Assembly: GCA_965113315.1 (NCBI GenBank)
Contig: OZ220364.1
Strand: one strand, 5' to 3'
Length of the DNA stretch: 64,000 nt
From: Podarcis vaucheri
Lineage: Eukaryota
In this document: one piece after another, positions 25,141 through 37,347 of the stretch
How positions within the stretch are numbered: position 1 is the first letter of the stretch
Layout: every line of letters starts with the position of its first letter
Program-made: the position numbers and the translations under genes
Notes under the pieces: generated by a model
Database searches by the model: none
Seen by the model: only the letters and a program-made list of their open reading frames with translations
Told to the model about the DNA's origin: nothing

Positions 25141-25597
25141 TGTCAGGGAACTGCCATCGGAGCCAGAGGGAGAGGGAGGGCTCCAGAGGGATTCTGGAAA
25201 GCGTCCCGGGAGGGAGAGAAGCAGCACATCTTCTGGGGAAGGGAATCAGCGTAACACCAGTGGAGAAGGGGGGCAGATGGGGGAATCGGCGAGGTGGCTC
25301 CAAGACTCCTCGCCGGGAACCAGTGGGGAGAGCACGGGTCCTCTGATGCCCACACCCTCCCTGCGCAGAAGGCTTCCGCGCAGGGAAAGTAGGCGGAGAC
25401 TAGGCGTCAAAGAGCTTCTTTGCTGGAAGAAGTTCAAGAAAAGCTCACTAATGGATTCTGCCAGCGATTGAGACAGCCACGGGCGCGTGGCTGTCCAGAC
25501 AGAAAGGGTTCATTCAAGGAACCAGCCAAGGGTGGCGTTGATTTACACACAAGCAACCCGTGAAGGCTGAAAAACAGAGCCTCCATTTGTCAAGACA
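25141..25597 (+). mobile_element. Solo LTR (Gypsy-like), copy B; intact 110-codon frame 25142-25471
   Basis: TGTC...GACA termini; colinear with copy A. TSD is imperfect (gtgg/gtgt) and the 3' end is less certain. Confidence 0.65.
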
Positions 25598-25938
25598 GTG
25601 TATGCGGAATTCAATGTCATACTGCGCTGAACATGGTGTCAGCGCAAACATTGCAGTTTGACAGATGGAATTATCCCCCTTTCCTCCCCTCACATTGTTC
25701 TGGGGATTCTCCTGACCCCAAAAATTATTTGGGGGGCATCAGAGGGGGCACAGGGAGGGAAGAGTGGTGGAAGCCATTCTATATCTTTGTGTACTAAATA
25801 TGAAGTTTTGTCACTTTCTAAGAAGCCTTATCTGTCTCTGGGCAACTTGAAGCCCTAGGTTTGATGAGAGAGAGAAGAAAGGCTTCTCAGCCAGCTTAAT
25901 TGCTGGGATGCAGAACATTGTGTAGCTTTTTGCAGTGC

Positions 25939-26078
25939 NNNNNNNNNNNNNNNNNNNNNNNNNNNNNNNNNNNNNNNNNNNNNNNNNNNNNNNNNNNNNN
26001 NNNNNNNNNNNNNNNNNNNNNNNNNNNNNNNNNNNNNNNNNNNNNNNNNNNNNNNNNNNNNNNNNNNNNNNNNNNNNN
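25939..26078. other. Assembly gap (N run)
   Basis: 140 Ns. Confidence 1.
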
Positions 26079-26122
26079 TGAAGGTCATCTATTGCATTTA
26101 GCTGTGCATAGGATAGGTGTTA

Positions 26123-26484
26123 GGGATGTGCTGTGGGTTAAACCACTGAGCCCTGGGCTTGCTGATCAGTAGGTTGGCGGTTCGAATCCCCATGACAGGG
26201 TGAGCACCTGTTGCTCGGTCCCAGCTCCTGCCAACCTAGCAGTTCGAAAGCACATTAAAGTGCAAGTAGATAAATAGGTACCGCTCCCGAGGGAAGGTAA
26301 ATGGCGTTTCCGTGTGCTGCTCTGATTTCTCCAGAAGCGGCTTAGTCATGTTGGCCACATGACCTGAAAAAACCGTCTGTGGACAAACATTGGCTCCCTC
26401 AGCCAATAAAGCGAGATGAGCACCGCAACCCTAGAGTCGTTCACGACTGGACTTAACTGTCAGGGGTCCTTTACCTTTACCTTT
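26123..26484 (+). mobile_element. Sauria SINE
   Basis: Same consensus; flanks TAGGATAGGTGTTA / TAGGACAGGTGTTA. Confidence 0.85.
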
Positions 26485-26697
26485 TAGGACAGGTGTTACC
26501 AGGTTAACTGATTTATTTACAGCATTTACAGGGCTCCTAATAAAGGCTCTTAATGAAGGCCTCTCTAATTGAGAAGGGGGAGGGAGGCTGAAGGCTGAGT
26601 TGTCCTTAAGTGAACTTACAAGGTCTGAATTACAGTTTTCTTAGGAAACAAGGAAGAAAAGGAGGGGCTGGGGGCAAGAATGGGAATATACTAAGGA

Positions 26698-26699
<2 letters not shown>

Positions 26700-26739
<40 letters not shown>
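26700..26739. repeat. (CT)n microsatellite
   Basis: Read directly. Confidence 0.95.
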
Positions 26740-26742
<3 letters not shown>

Positions 26743-27322
26743 TGCAGAAGTAACATGTTACTTTCCATGTCCTCCTTGTAGATCTGCATTTGTATATTAC
26801 CAATTCTTCCACTGGTTGGTACAAAACATCCAAATCAAGGTTGAGCCTTAATAATCATAATAAAATCTGGAGTTGTCTGGAGTTACCTCCAGTGATGCAA
26901 GAGACACATTATCTCTAAGTTGATTCATTGGCTTCTTTTGATATAGGGTTCTTGCTGACTTAACACCTTCTGTGTTCTCTAAGGCCTGGGAAATGAATGT
27001 TGCTGTTTGTTGTTTTTTTTAAATTAGTGAATCACTTACATGTTCTTGGTTGTTGCTGGTTTTTTTGCATCTGTAGTTGGGTGTGACAGCATTGTCACTG
27101 GGACAATGCCATTCACATGTTAGGGGAAAAAATAGGATGGTGTCCTATGAAAATAATGGTAAGTGTGTTTGTATTAAGGGAACAGGGGCTACCTCAGTCC
27201 TCCTCATATACACAAGAGCTGCATTTGCATAACTAAGGGCTCAACCATATTTCTGCTTGTCCTGCACCACAAAATCATGGGCCTGAGTGGTTTTCCAGAA
27301 GTGTGGCTGAGCCCTCAGTGTA

Positions 27323-27572
27323 CCTTTACCAAAGGTGTCATGGGCTTTGAAGACACTCAAACTCAGGACGAAAGGGAGAAACGTGCTAAGAGGAAGGCAC
27401 GCTTGGCAAATCCACACCATGATCAACTCCTGCCTGGAAACAATTGTCCCCACTGTGGAAGGACGTGTGGATCCGGAATTGGCCTCCACAGTCAGTTACG
27501 GACTCATTGTTAAAACCATGTTTATGGAAGACAATCTTACTTGGCTACGAGGGATCGCCAAAGAAAGAAGAA
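27323..27572 (+). mobile_element. RTE-clade LINE 3' fragment with C-terminal zinc finger
   Basis: EKRAKRKAR...CPHCGRTCGSGIGLHSQLRTH*, short 3'UTR with GAA-rich tail. Confidence 0.65.
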
Positions 27573-27937
27573 AATGCATGGGAAACCCCTGCTGCCAATA
27601 TTAGCTGAGGGTCCTTCCCATGTTCACTGGAGCCTGTGGATAGGGCTGTCAGTCTAGAAACCCATTATACAGACATTAAAACTCACTGTAAACATCCATA
27701 ATTAAAATACACAATAAAACAATCCAATTAAAACAAGATGGCTTTTAAAACAGGAGACTCAGGTTGAGTTCAGGTAGCTAAATATAGCTGCAGTCCTAAG
27801 GTTAGGGAGGGGAATTTGGAGGTGGTTCAACCATTGCATTCTGTGCCCTGCTGGTCTTGAACTGTCAGGGCAGAAATGAAGGTAGAGGAAAGCTCTGTGT
27901 GCTTTTGCCCATTTCCTGAAGTCAAATTTTAAAACAT

Positions 27938-27984
<47 letters not shown>

Positions 27985-28921
27985 TCTCCACCCATTGGAA
28001 ATGGAGGAAAAGATGCCCCCATTACTTCCCCATTTGGAGAGGCTCAATGGATGTCAGGATGCTGTCAGCAGCTCCTGGCTGGTTGCCCAGGAAAGTATAA
28101 AGACAAGGAAAAATTTATTACCGTCCTTTTTTATTTCAATCTTTACACAGAGAGGCTATAGAACCCAGCCTCTTCCATAAACACCCAGGTCCAGAGTGAA
28201 TCTCCACCTCCTGTCTCTCCCACTTCCTCATTTGTCATTCTCATCGTCTCCTCTACGGGTGCTGCTACGTTCCCTCTGTCTTTGAGCTCTTTGTTCTCCT
28301 ACTTTTAAGGCTCTCCAGATTCTGGGAGATGGAGGGTCTGGAATGCTTTCTAATGAGAATGTGTCCGCTGGGTGTTGTCCTGGCTCTCCCATGATTTCCC
28401 ATCTTCCCCCCTCATCTGCCTCTGAGCTGCTACCTCCCTCAAACCCCTGTTGTAAATTTATACTATCTTCTTCTTCCTCCTCCCTGGAATGGTCAGGATG
28501 GGGAGGCTGCCTCCACCATTCCTCCTCTTCCCAGTAACTTCATATCCTTCACTAAAGGGGAATACGAACACTTGGTTTATATAGTCAATGAAGTCTTCAT
28601 AGGGTTGCATTGAAAGACCTCACTTTTAATATTTTAATATACCCTGTGGAATATTCATCCAGAAAAACTTGGAAATATGAACTTCTAAATACATTAAGCC
28701 TTCAATGTATGTGGAGGTTCCATTCTGGGGGTCACACCTAAAGTCAAAACTGCATATAGTCAAAACACATAGGGTTCAATGGTGGGTGGTATTGCTGAAG
28801 TCTTTTTTCCTGGATGTCTGCCTCCCCTTCCCACTGCCTGTTTGTATGAGAGGAAAAGTCCAAAATATAATAATTGGACAAAGGTAGTTTCCAGTAACAC
28901 AAAGAAGGTGCAAATCTCATA

Positions 28922-29481
28922 CAGTGGTACCTCAGGTTACAGTTGCTTCAGGTTATAGACGCTTCAGGTTACAGACTCCACTAACCCAAAAATAATACAG
29001 TGGTGCCTCGCAAGACGAAAAGAATCCGTTCTGTGATTCTCTTCGTTGAGCGGTTTTTTTGTCTTGCGAAGCAAGCCCATTGACGGATTAGCGGATTAGC
29101 GCTATTAGCGCTATTAGCAGCTTTTAGCGGCTTATCGGCTTATCGGATCAGCTGATAAGCGGCTTAGCGGCTTAGAAAAAGGGGGAGAGGAAAAAAACCC
29201 TGCAGGAACTCGCAAGACATTTTCGTCTTGCGAAGCAAGCCCATAGGAGATTCGTTTTGCGAAGCACCTCCAAAACGGATAACTCTTTCGTCTAGCGAGT
29301 TTTCCATCTTGCGAGGCATTCGTCTTGCGGGGCACCACTGTACTTTGCTTCAGGATGAGAATAGAAATTGTGCGGTGGTGGTGCAGTAGCAGCAGGAGGC
29401 CCCATTAGCTAAAGTGGTAGCACAGGTTAAGAACAGTTTCAGGTTAAGAACGAATTAGGTTCTTAACTCGAGGTACCACTG
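28922..29481. mobile_element. Tigger-like MITE containing a nested second MITE (28998-29340)
   Basis: Outer TIR CAGTGGTACCTC; inner TIR CAGTGGTGCCTCGCAAGACGAA; both flanked by TA. Confidence 0.85.
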
Positions 29482-31083
29482 TACACACATTTTGGGAATG
29501 GGAATGCCCCCAAATAAATAATCTGTTGGAAATTTAAGTGGAAGATATTATTGGATACAGGATACCAAAAGGACTACTCCCAGTGCCCCTCCTTCCTTCC
29601 TTCCTTTTGACTACAGTATACTTGATGATGTGAGATAACTTGGAAAGATTTTCTCACTTATTAAGAGCTGCAAGGACAGATGTTGCCCTGGGATTGGAAA
29701 ATGCAAATATGTGATGATTATTATGGACAGGTTATGTACAGCCTGGGATGTGGGTGGTCTCCTGATCAAATTAACAAATGTTGTATGGATTAGAGACGTG
29801 AGACAAATGGAAAGTGTGTCAATTTTGTGGCAATACGTTGAAGCACAAGAGGAATGAAGAATTCAGCCATAGACATTTTTACAATCCGAAAGGAAATAGA
29901 TAATCTACACACACTCATCATAGAAACCGGAGGAAGTCATTCTTAGTCAGGAAATCGGGATTATGTCCGTTGTAATTTCTGATTCATCACCATCATTTCC
30001 ACAATCAATTTATTGTGTATTTTCAAAAGCGCTTAAGTATTGATGTGGTACAAAAAATCGAGTGGGAATTCTGATTTCTCTGTGCAGGCTCGCAATCTAA
30101 AAAGAAAGGCATTGGACCCAATGAGAAGAGGGCAGGACAAAATGAGGAAAACTCTGCAATAGCTTGGAGAAAGAGAGAGGAAAAGAAAGGGAAACCGTTA
30201 AAAATATAGACTTTCCCTCAATGTACTGGCGGAGTTAGTTGCATGGGTGCCCAGAGCAATGGCCGTGCTGTGCATGGGGGTGGGGGTGATCCGCTGTGCA
30301 GGGGGGCTGGGCAAGCCCTCCACAATGTGCCTTTTTGTCGCCTGCCTCAGAGATGACTGCCCCCCTTTCCTATGCCCCTGCCTCAATGCTAACCCAACCA
30401 TAGTAGACCTATGGGAATTAAAGGCCTTGAGTTAGGCATTTTATATATTCATATTATATATTACAAAATATAAATACTTCTTGATTGTAATAAAACATCT
30501 GAGCAGGATTAACATGGGATAAAACCCCCCAAATAACCTTTTTTATTAAAAAAATGATACTTTATTAGCCCTCTGTTGCACAAGGATGCTATCTTAGAGC
30601 ACCAAAAGGAATCAAACATATAATTGCTTACATGGTTTAGTAATAGGATTGACTGCATGTAGACTGTGTTTGTTATTGCTTGCTTGAAATGTACTGTATT
30701 GCTGAACAAAGTGGGTAGTATTTGACTAGGTTTTACACAGAGTGGACACACTGAAATTAGTGAACATGATCAAGTTTTTTCTATTCATTTCAGTGGGTCT
30801 TCTCTGAGTAACACTTAGTTGACTACCACTCAGATTTCCACACCTCCCCCCAAAAACCAACAACAATGTACACACCTTATCTACCTAACACGAAGATGCT
30901 CCTGTATGCCCAGATGCAGAATATTATGTATGTTTAGCACAAATTGGAGAGGTGTTTCAACTCCTTTTAGTGCTCCAAATACTCTCCTGTTCTTCGAAAT
31001 GTGACATTTATCTTCCCAGGCAGAGCGCCCATTAAGTGCCAGGTTCCATAGAGCTCCTATGCAGATGGAAAGGGCACCTCCAG

Positions 31084-31739
31084 TGCCAGACTAAAGGGAA
31101 GCAGAAAGAACTGACAACCCTGGGACGGGGGGGGGGGGAGGGGACGCTGGAAGAAGATTGGATTGTTTTTATTCTATTGTATTTTTCTTTTTGTATTACT
31201 ATTACTAGAAATGTTTTATGAACTATTATTATTAGAAATGTCTGATGAATGTTGGGGAAATGCTGAAATGAAAGTACCTGGCTCTTGTTAAAATGTTTAA
31301 AGAATATGGTAAGAAGGTAATGGTTACGAGAAGTTGGTAAAAAAGATTTAAGCTCTAAGATTATTTTTATAAGATAAAACGAGAATAGAGTAAGGTAATG
31401 TAACGATTAAATACTATGAATTATGGATTTAAGTTTTAAGTACCAAGGATTCCTATAAGATAGGATGATAATAGAGTAAGGTAAAGTAATGATAGAATAT
31501 TACGAACTTTGAAAAGGATTTGCTGGGGCAACTATCAATCAAGATACAAGAGAAGGGAGGAGGTCGTGGAAAGAAGGTAATGGAAATTGGAGAATTTGAA
31601 AAGGATGGTTTTATTTTTGATTTCTTTTTATATTTTGTGTGTTTTTTTCCCTTTTTTGTAATTTTGTCTGTTTTTGTGTGTATTTTTTTTTAAAAAAATT
31701 CTTATGTTCTAATAAATGTCATTTTTTTTTTAAAAAAAA
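31084..31739 (+). mobile_element. Retroposed AT-rich fragment (L1-type 3'UTR) with 17-bp TSD
   Basis: GGAAAGGGCACCTCCAG at 31067-31083 and 31740-31756; AATAAA at 31711 then an A-rich end. Confidence 0.65.
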
Positions 31740-33490
31740 GGAAAGGGCACCTCCAGAGGCATTGCCCATGATATTGAAGTACACAAGAAGGGAATGCAAA
31801 TCAAGGTATTACATGTGCACCTGCAAGAAATGGATGGGTGTATTAATCATCAAGGATAGAGAAGAAGCACTGACCTGTTTATTCATGTACAAACAAGGCT
31901 TCAAAGAGTCTGATTGGTTCAATAGAAAATAATGCTAAGAAATTCTTTCTTTCTTTTTAAAAGGGCAATATTTAAAAATGGTTATTTTCTTAAATCTGCA
32001 TTATTATTATTATTAGTGGGAGGGGAGTTATAGCAAAAATGCTATTTGGTGAATTCAATCATTATTACCTAAGAAATAATGTCTGGCAAAGTCACAGCAG
32101 ATTTTAATTTGTATATTTAATGGAGATTAGCAAAAAGGGAAAAGAAGATGAAGACATGGCTCATGTCTTCGAAAAACGATAACTCAGCTTGTTACAGCTT
32201 AGCTCCTGCGTGATGAATGCATTTCATAATAATAAAAAAAGTACATTTCACAATGACTTTCTTCACAATGTTGCCTTTGCTTCATAAGCAGCTAGGTGGC
32301 TGCTAGGTCCCATTTTCAGGTGGCCTGAATAGCAATTTCTTTAAGCTCAAAGTTTACCATCCAATCTGTTTCACAATTGTTTGCCCACCTCTCCATCAAT
32401 GACCCATCCAATCTTTCTAATCTACCTTCACACTTTTGACTGCTTCTCTTTTTTCTCTCTGTGACACATATACATTCATTTATATGTATCTTTTTTAAAA
32501 AAATTAAAAAATGTTTGCTTGGTTTTCCCCACAATCAAGTGGCATATAAATTTTATGAAACAAGCTAAAGTCTAGAAATTGGCTGAACACAGTATGTATC
32601 TTATGGGATTCCTACATGTGACCTAGAAAGAGACAGACAGACAGAGAGAAGAAGTAGAAACAGTTTTGTTCTTATTGCATGGAAGTTCATGCTGCAATTA
32701 ATTGGTCAATCACAAAGGTCTTGCAGAACAGTTGATCCTTTCCCTTCTGCTGTTTTAGCCCATCCATTCTTCTTGAGCTTTGCCATCCACAGTCTGCCAT
32801 CTCCACCAAAGCAGAGGGTTGCATGCCTCAGTCGCCTCTTTCTTTCCTTATGCCCACCATCCAAAGTAAAAAGAGAAGTGTCCTCCATGGATGTCCATCA
32901 TTTGTTCATCAGCATGTGATCTCTATTCTCTTTTAGCTGGTGTTGCCCGTCTTAAGATTCATTCAGTGTTGTTGCTAGCTTCTTGGAGTAAAGGAACTGC
33001 TGCTGTCCCAAGGAGTTTTAGGGATGCCCATGCGAGAAGAGCCCAGACAGATCTGCTCTGACAAAGCATTTTGTTTACCAAGGTGATGAAGATCCTCCGT
33101 GAACTTCAAGTTGAGAAACTGCTCTTAGGGAGCCAAAGGCAATTTTCCACATAGAGGCAGATTTAGGGTGTAATTGCGGGCGTGCTTTTGGGGATTGTGA
33201 AAGGCGTGCTAATGCTTTGCATGCTGCAAAGCGGCTGCCTGCCATGGAGCTTTGCAATTAGAAATGCAGATGAAGATACTGATAGATAGGACCTCCATTG
33301 AGAATTAAGAGTGATGCACTGTGTCAATTAAAGAGCCTACTCCCCAGACAAAATAATCAAGCTTAAAGTATCTTAGTCACTGCAAAGACATTGTGCCATC
33401 ATTGGTCATCATCATCATCTTCTCTTCCTTTGGCAGTGAAGGGGTGTGCTAATGGGTAGGGTCAGTGTTTGGAAAATTGAAGATGAAGAT

Positions 33491-33590
33491 CTGTCAACCA
33501 CACCAAGTTCATGAGCACAATACAATGATATCCTTCTTCCCGCCCATGCAAACTCAAGCCCAGCTCCTCCCTAAAGCAGATATAAGGGAG
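33491..33590 (+). promoter_or_regulatory. Proximal promoter of keratin gene 2 (TATAA at 33581)
   Basis: TGTCAACCACACCAAG ... AAGCCCAGCTCC ... GATATAAGGG. Confidence 0.65.
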
Positions 33591-33721
33591 GCTCTTTCCA
33601 ACTCCGGATCCAGAGGGATTTGCTTCCCTTGGGCTCTGCACATCTCTTCATCTCCCTTTTTTGCATTGCAACCTCTGGGCTTGATCATTTTCTCTGCTCC
33701 TCGTTCAACTCTGTCACAGTG

Positions 33722-34360
33722 ATGTCTGTCAAAACCAGCAAAATGAGCCGCAGAGGCTACAGCTCAACTTCTGTTATCGGCGGTGGTGGAGGAGGAGGAA
33801 GTAGAATTGGCTATTCTTCATCATGCCAGGGATATGGTGGAGGCATAAGAGGCCAATATGGCAGCAGGAGCCTCCATAACTATGGCAGTAGAGGAACAAG
33901 AATTTCCTATGGACGAGGCTATGGCTATGGCGGTGGAATGGGTGGCGGCTATGGTGGTGGGATCTGTGGTGGAGGAATGGGCGGTGGGATCTGTGGTGGA
34001 GGAATAGGCGGTGGTTATGGTGGCGGAGGAATGGGCGGCGGCTATGGTGGTGGAGGAATGGGTGGCGGAGGAATGGGCGGTGGTTATGGTGGCGGAGGAA
34101 TGGGCGGTGGTTATGGTGGCGGAGGAATGGGCGGTGGTCCCTTTGGTGGTGGTTACGGTGGCGGAGGAATGGGCGGTGGTCCTTTCGGTGGGGGAATTGG
34201 CCCTGGTGTTAGTGGTGGAGGCATTGGCAGTGTCCAAATAGACCCAAGTCTTCTGAGACCAGTTCGTGTAGATATTGACCCTCAGATCCAGCAAGTGAAA
34301 AATCAGGAGAAAGAGCAAATCAAGAGTCTCAACAATCAATTTGCTAGCTTCATTGACAAG
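33722..34360 (+). CDS. Keratin gene 2 exon 1
   Basis: [12 protein letters not shown]... GGYGGGGMG repeats ...[11 protein letters not shown]|gtaag. Confidence 0.92.
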
Positions 34361-37309
34361 GTAAGCTGCCAGAAAAGGAAGTGATGCAGTTTGACTGATT
34401 TCACATAATGCGTGTTGTCTGGGAAGATGCGGTTAATTTTTGCTATGAACAGTTGAGTAACGTCTGAAAATATGAAAGCTTGAATTTTGAGGTTTACATT
34501 ATGGATTAGATGGGATTTAATTTCCACAGAATATTTTACTTAAATTCTGAAATTATGAGTTCTTTGCTTTATTCATTTATACCAGCATTTATATCCTACC
34601 CTTCTGCATGCATATGTATCACTCAGGGCAGTGATACTTAGGTATATATCACAATATCTGTAACAGCCTCCTGGTTAACTGTTTACAAGCCATTAATGTC
34701 AGTTAAGGCCATTTGCAATGGCGGATGATCAGGGTGTTGAATATGTTTGTGGCATGAAACAGAGGGAAGAACATTTGCTCTGTTCCTCCCACCCACCCAA
34801 TATTAAGAAAATTAAGCAGAAGCAGATGTCTGGAGTCTCTGCATTAACCAGCAGATTCACCAAGAGACTCCAGGATAGCAATAGTATGTTGCTACTTTTT
34901 TATTGGTGTTGGCTAAGACACAAGTGATATTTATTGGGAGAAATGTGTGTGTTACAGGTACATGGATGTATATGGTTTCACAAGACATATGAAATGGAAA
35001 AAGTTTAACTAAGTGTTAAGAGTTGTTCAAAGCCCAAGGAAGTGTGCAGAATTGGCCCAATGGGATGCACTGAGGCTTGTCACACAGGACAAGTGTTAAG
35101 AGTTGTTCAAAGCCCAAGGAAGTGTGCAGAATTGGCCCAATGGGATGCACTGAGGCTTGTCACACAGGACAACATGCCATTTAAAATTGACGTTGCCTGA
35201 AACTTGGCTTCAAGCAAAATTCAAAGGGATTCCGGGAAACTCCTCTGCTGAAACATTGGATTGTATCCAGTGATATTCCTGCTCAGAGTAGATCCATTTA
35301 AGTCAATGGATAGGACTAACTTAGGTCCATTAAATTCAATGGATCTATTCTGAGTAGGACTAGCACTGGATATAACCCAAAGCAAGGATTCGAAGGAAGC
35401 AAAAAATCTTTTGGTGTGACTAGCAAAACTTCTCAGCTGTGAGTTGCATAGCTGTTAAAAAGTAGCTTTTTCGTATTTGTCAGGGGAACCTGGTGCCCTT
35501 CTGATGATGTTAGACTTCATCTCCTATCAGCCCCAGCTAGCATGGCTAGTGGTGAGAGTTGCAGTCCATCAACTTCAGTCCTAATATATGTCATATGAAG
35601 CTGCTGCTGACTCAGACCACTGGTCTATCTGGCCTAGTGTTGTCTATTTTGATTGGCAGAAGCTCCCCAGGGTCTCAAGTAGGGGTCTCCCCCGTCCTCC
35701 TACCTGATATACATTAATTACAGATGGCAACCTTTGACTGTCTTACACGCAATGTCATTTCCCCAGCATTGATCAGGGGTGAGTTTCCCCACTGCTTCTG
35801 GATTGAATGAGGAGGGTAGTATACTACATCTTCACTATGACTCAGGAATGACCCTTCACATGACCCTACACAAGGCAATACTGCCTGTAACTCTTCTATC
35901 CCTTTGGTGCACCTACCTAGTCATCCTGGGGCTGATAGCCAGGGCTATGGTGGCCTGTTATTTGTGTAGTCAGAGTAGGATTTATCTGGGGTGGGCTTAA
36001 GATCCACCTTTGAGCACATCTTTTCCATCTGCTCCTCACTGTCATGTCTCTTTTTTGGTGTGCTTCTCTTGTGGCTGATTTGCTTTCTGACCAGTTTAAG
36101 GGTGGGTATGGTGGACATAAGTGTAGAATATTTGGTGAGTACCTTGAGGCATGTGGGGTGAAGGAACATAGGAAACTGCCTTGCATTGAGTCAGACCATT
36201 GATCCATCATATTCAGTATTGTCCACATTGACTGGTTGAGACTCTCTAGGTATTCAGACAGGAGTCTCACCTAATCTTACCTGGAGATGGCAGGGATCTT
36301 TTGCATGCAAAGCAGATGCTCTATACTGAGCTATCACTTCTTGAAAGTTTAAGATGATGTGGGAGGATGCAGAACTCATTCTAGGTGGTCCTTTTCCTGA
36401 TGAATGCAGACCAGAGAGCAAGTATGGACTCCCCAGGCTGCCTTTAGGACATTGTGGCTGTGGCAAGAGCTGATCCACTCTGGTGGGTCCAGATAGAGGC
36501 AACTGCAGTTTACAGTGCCAACACTGGTTTATTGTTGCATGACTACAGACCATAAAAATGGCCCTTCATCCCAGTTTCTTATGTTGTATCATCACTTGGG
36601 GAGCAGGCACTGATCTGTAGTCCTACTATGAGAACCACAAAGCACAGTTCTAAGGAAATGGGAAGGTTCCGCATACCCCCAGAAACTGAAAATTGCGAGT
36701 GTTTTCAATTCTGCAATTATTAATTTGGAGTAACAACAAACAGGAGAAGCAGAGTGTAGTTTGGGACTCAGCCATGTGAATCCAGTTAACTTGTGAAAGA
36801 ATGGACTTTGCTGTTAGCACCCATCTTCAATATGCTATGATGCTGAACCTCTTCAATGTCTTATACATCTTCCATTTCTTGGGTTTCAGGTCCGGTTCCT
36901 AGAGCAACAAAACAAGGTTCTGCAAACCAAATGGCAGATCTTACAGCAGCAAACCCAGGGCCGAGGCCCACAGCAGAACCTGGATAGTGAATTCCAGCAA
37001 TTCATCAATGGCCTGAGAAGCCAAATTGAACGAATCCGCATGCAGAAGTCACAGCTGGCATCAGAACTTCAGAACATGCAGCACCTTGTAGAAGACTACA
37101 AGAACAAGTAAGGAACAACCAAAAATGAAAGATGCTTCGTCACCACTATTTGTGCTTCAGGGGGAGATCTGCCATTAATCATTAAGTGACTTTGGTTCAG
37201 AATAATGAAATTGTCCTCAGCTCCAGGGCATTCCAAATGAGTGCAGGTTGCACTCTGCACTACAACTTTCTGCAGTACAACAGAAGGTTGGAAACACTAA
37301 TCTGAGTAG

Positions 37310-37347
<38 letters not shown>

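Noticed and set aside
33620-33721. N-terminal extension of the gene 2 ORF in the supplied track
   Set aside because: It starts at TTG just after the TATA box; the first in-frame ATG is 33722.
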